Source of the DNA: Zygnema circumcarinatum SAG 698-1b
Taxonomy: Eukaryota; Plantae; Zygnematophyceae
Direction of reading: 5' to 3'
Assembly: GCA_037447605.1 (NCBI GenBank)
Contig: CM074815.1
Span: 2,170,001-2,234,000, forward strand
DNA length: 64,000 bases
In this document: positions 60,737-64,000 of the stretch, one piece after another
Position numbering within the stretch: position 1 is the stretch's first letter
Layout: each line of letters begins with the position of its first letter
The notes under the pieces: model-generated
Told to the model about the DNA's origin: nothing
Seen by the model: the letters and a program-made list of their open reading frames with translations, nothing else
Database searches by the model: none
Made by a program: the position numbers and the translations under genes

Positions 60737-61369
60737 GGTGGAGGGCGGCTTTAGGGAGAGGGGGAGAGAGAGGGAGGAAGACGGAGAGGGAGCGGAAGAG
60801 GTAGAGATAGAGAGAGACACAATTGGTGTTCACCTTGACAGAGCGAGAGGGGATGGGAGACGGCAATGATAGAGGAAGAGTAAGTGAAGGGGGGAAGGAG
60901 AGGAGGAGAGGGAGGGAGAGCGGAGAAACTTGAGATGTCAGATGAGCGCGGGCGCTATATACTTAGCTGTCACTGCGCGCCGCGGAGGGTCGGCGGGCGG
61001 TTATTTCCGTACGGCTGCCTTGGAGGAGCCGGAGTGGCGGCGCAGAGGCCGGCTCTTGGACGGACGCGCGGACTTTTGTCGCTTTTGCGGCTGGCGGCGG
61101 ACTGGATCCGAGCGGCCGCATCGGTCCTGGCTGGCGGTTGGAAAACGACACATGGGTAGGTTTGGCGCGTTCTAAAAATCTTCAATGTAGGGTTTGACCG
61201 TACTTGGGTGAATCTGGATAGGATCTCGAGATCGGTCAACGAATCTCGATATGGACAAAAATTTTGCTGTCGGGAGCGTACGGACGGACGGGAGCCTTTT
61301 GGAAGAGGGCTGTCCAGCTGGCACTCGTCAGAAATAGCGGGCCAATGAAAAGGCTCGGTGAACGTACGG

Positions 61370-62730
61370 ACGCCACGTGACGGTAAGCTATTGGATGTAA
61401 ATTTGCAAGTTTAAGAGAGCCACGAATAGTACCGCAAGTGGAAATTGACCGGAGAGGGCCCAAGCTGGCGGGACAGCCACAAAACGACAAAAGTTTGCTC
61501 CGTGATTGACGGAAATTGCAAGGGGAAAATCAGAAGGTCGGGACGTGTGTGTACCAACGGCATCGTGGAAATTTTCTGATTTTAAAATTAACCAATCAGA
61601 CGACGCCACGTAGGAGATGTTGCTGACGTGAGCAGCTCTGATTCGATCTTGTTATAATGTATTTTTCCGTGGGATCTGTCCACATGGGACACCGTACGGA
61701 CGAGCCGTTGAAGGGACAGCCCAAGTGGAACACGACGGCGAAAATTAGGGCACCCACTCGAAGGGGCAAGTTCTCGAATCTTAGGGTGGGGGTCCATCAG
61801 CGTTTGCCTGTACCGCCACATCGGATCATGAGTCATGAAGGGAGAATTGCGGGTTCCATCAGAGGTCCCGCGAGCCAATCAGCGGACGCCACGTGGACAC
61901 ATTTATTCGTCCACCGTGGCCGCGCGTCCACCGCGCATTGGCGGCTGTGCGCCAGCGTGGTCGCCGTACCCCCGTGGCATCTCGAACGGATCTTCAACGC
62001 CACGCGGCGGCGCACGATTGGAAAACTCAGGCATAGTTCTAGGGAATTTTTTTCAGGGGGTATGTTTTGGGGAACTACGCCTGTACCTCCACGTCGGTCC
62101 TAGTCGGCGCCACGACGGCGCCACATCATCCTCCAAAACAACGCCTGTACCTCCACGTCGGCGAAAAATCGCTGATGGACCCCCACCCTTCGAATCTTCC
62201 GTACCAAAGTAGGACCCTCTATTACGCCGGATCAATAACAGGTCGCCACGTGTTCAGATTGGCTGACATGGCGATCCGTGATTGACCAGATTTCGACCAA
62301 TGAGGGGCCGACACTGTGCGGTGAATCGGCCCATAGACATAAGGGAGGGCGCCGGATTTTGTCCCGACGTGAAAGATTTCATCGGCGACCGTTGATTGAG
62401 GTAAGTGACATTGTACCGACATTTATCGTACCACTCGTACGGTACCAGTAATTTGGGAGACACGTGGTTGTACCGTACGGTAAAACTCTAGAACCTCTAC
62501 AGTACAGTACTGTACTAGAGGCTACCGTACGGTTTTGGTATAAAACCAAGTTTTGGGGAAAACTTGGTTTCTACTTCCGGGAAGTTTCGAACGCGAGAAA
62601 GCGCATCCAATCAGCGCTTGCGCTTGCCACGTGGTCACAGTGGCACGTGGCAGCACGATGGATCCTGATGGGCCAGGTGGCAGATTTCGATAGGAAGAAT
62701 ACAATCATGAATAGCCACGTATATGCCACG
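61370..62730. promoter_or_regulatory. G-box/ABRE and CCAAT-rich region upstream of paralog B
   Basis: GCCACGTG at about 61373, 61605, 61887, 62245, 62625 and 62725, with several CCAATCA motifs. Confidence 0.45.
61783..62189. mobile_element. 407-bp Mutator-like MITE with 20-bp perfect TIRs and a 9-bp TSD
   Basis: AGGGTGGGGGTCCATCAGCG (61783-61802) and CGCTGATGGACCCCCACCCT (62170-62189); direct repeat TCGAATCTT at 61774-61782 and 62190-62198. Confidence 0.88.
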
Positions 62731-64000
62731 TAGGCAGCGCTTGCCTTGATGGAACCCTCAAAGCCCTCGCTGTGTTCCAATCCCGCCCGCAACTGGATGC
62801 CCGCCGTTCCATGCTCGAATTCCCCACATTTTGACGCTAACTGCACACATGGAGCCGACAGGAGGGCTTGTCCATCTCTTGAAAAGTCGACGTGACGGTT
62901 TGGCCTAGTGCGTTGGTTCGAATGTTGATAGCACTCTTGTGACATTGTTGGGAACAATTCCAAGTGAGTGAACTATACTTTGCCCTATTGCTCTAGCGAG
63001 TGAGGGCTTATATATGACCAAGTGTGTGTCTCTCTCTCTCTCTCCCCCTCTTTCTCTCGCTATCCCTCTCTGCCCTCTCTCTCTTTCTCTATGTGAAGGA
63101 GAAGATTGCCATTGGTCTCGCGCATGGAGATGGCATGAATGGAACATGTTCAACAACAAAAACATGGGGAACCACGAGGAATCAAACCGCTCGTGAAGGA
63201 CTTGACGAAAGGGACGAGCCATGCGCGTAAATTTGCTTCTAGACCCAATTGGAAAGTGTTGGAAAAGTACCCCCTTGCGGACGCCCATGGGACATGTCCA
63301 CGGACGCCGGACCCTGTACCAATTCGTCACCCGCGGCCGCTGGCGATGTTACGGACGCGCAATTTCTGACTCGTTCCGTGTTCTTAGTTTCGGTCTCGCA
63401 ACACAGAACCCAACCCAGTTTGGTGAATCTTGATTGTTTGCAGTTTTGCCAACGTGGCAGGTCGGACGGTTGAGATTGCTTGAAATCCCAGATGTCCAGT
63501 TCGGCTGGAAGGGCTTCAAGCGGCGGTCCGTACTCTTTGCCTTCCCTGCTTCGCTTCGGAGAATTTCGCGGATTGGGGGTTGGATGCCGAGAAATCGCTG
63601 GTCGCCAATTTGAGGAGAAAATGTAGAAAACAATTGCTAAAAATTAAATTGCAAAAAAAAAAAATGTTTTTGTAGCTGCAACGCTGTAGAAAGAAATGGA
63701 AGAGATGGGACTTGTGGTGTGCTTCAAACGTTTGTAAGTGACGCATATTGGAGAGCGTGACATGCGTAACGTGCGGCGGAAGGCTGTTACAGAAGGGTAG
63801 AGTGAAGGAGGGAATGAAAAGAAAAAAAAATGGGGAACGGGGACATTCAATATGGGGGGCAGTTTGAGTGAGGAACAACTGGTGAGAAAGTGGGACGATA
63901 GCAGGGGTCTGTCTGTGTGTGTGAGAGAGCGCGAGAGAGGGGGGGAGACAGGGAGAGAAAGGATCGGACGTGAGACAGAGAGAAGAGTGAAGAGAGGGAG

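Noticed and set aside
62050-62165. CRISPR-like direct repeats (ACGCCTGTACCTCCACGTCGG x2)
   Set aside because: Only 2-3 units, located inside a MITE in a eukaryotic genome with no cas genes.

Overview
Eukaryotic nuclear DNA from a draft assembly with eight 10-N gaps. It most likely comes from a streptophyte green alga or early-diverging plant. This is inferred from the plant-type gene set (GT37 xyloglucan fucosyltransferase, BT1-like carrier, tropinone reductase-like SDR, plant TRIP4-like protein), TTTAGGG-type repeats and intron-rich genes with very GA/CT-rich introns. Spliced genes were rebuilt by hand from GT/AG boundaries and reading phase. In order, the window holds: the 3' end of an unknown Glu/Gly-rich gene; a conserved plant hypothetical gene; a nested 6.1-kb transposon complex whose palindromic inner element carries four bacterial-type tRNA-Cys-like copies; an FBXO21-like F-box/SirB1/YccV gene with an in-frame TGA; a 53-aa microprotein; a TRIP4/ASC-1 zinc finger-AlkB dioxygenase fusion; an enoyl-CoA hydratase; a UAA-family nucleotide-sugar transporter; a tropinone reductase-like SDR; a GT37 fucosyltransferase (partly duplicated, probably by the assembly); a BT1-like mitochondrial carrier; and two intronless 150-aa paralogs of an unrecognised family, plus MITEs and dense G-box/ABRE clusters. 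Most long ORFs in the supplied track are microsatellite read-throughs. All family assignments rest on motifs I recognise, not on database searches.
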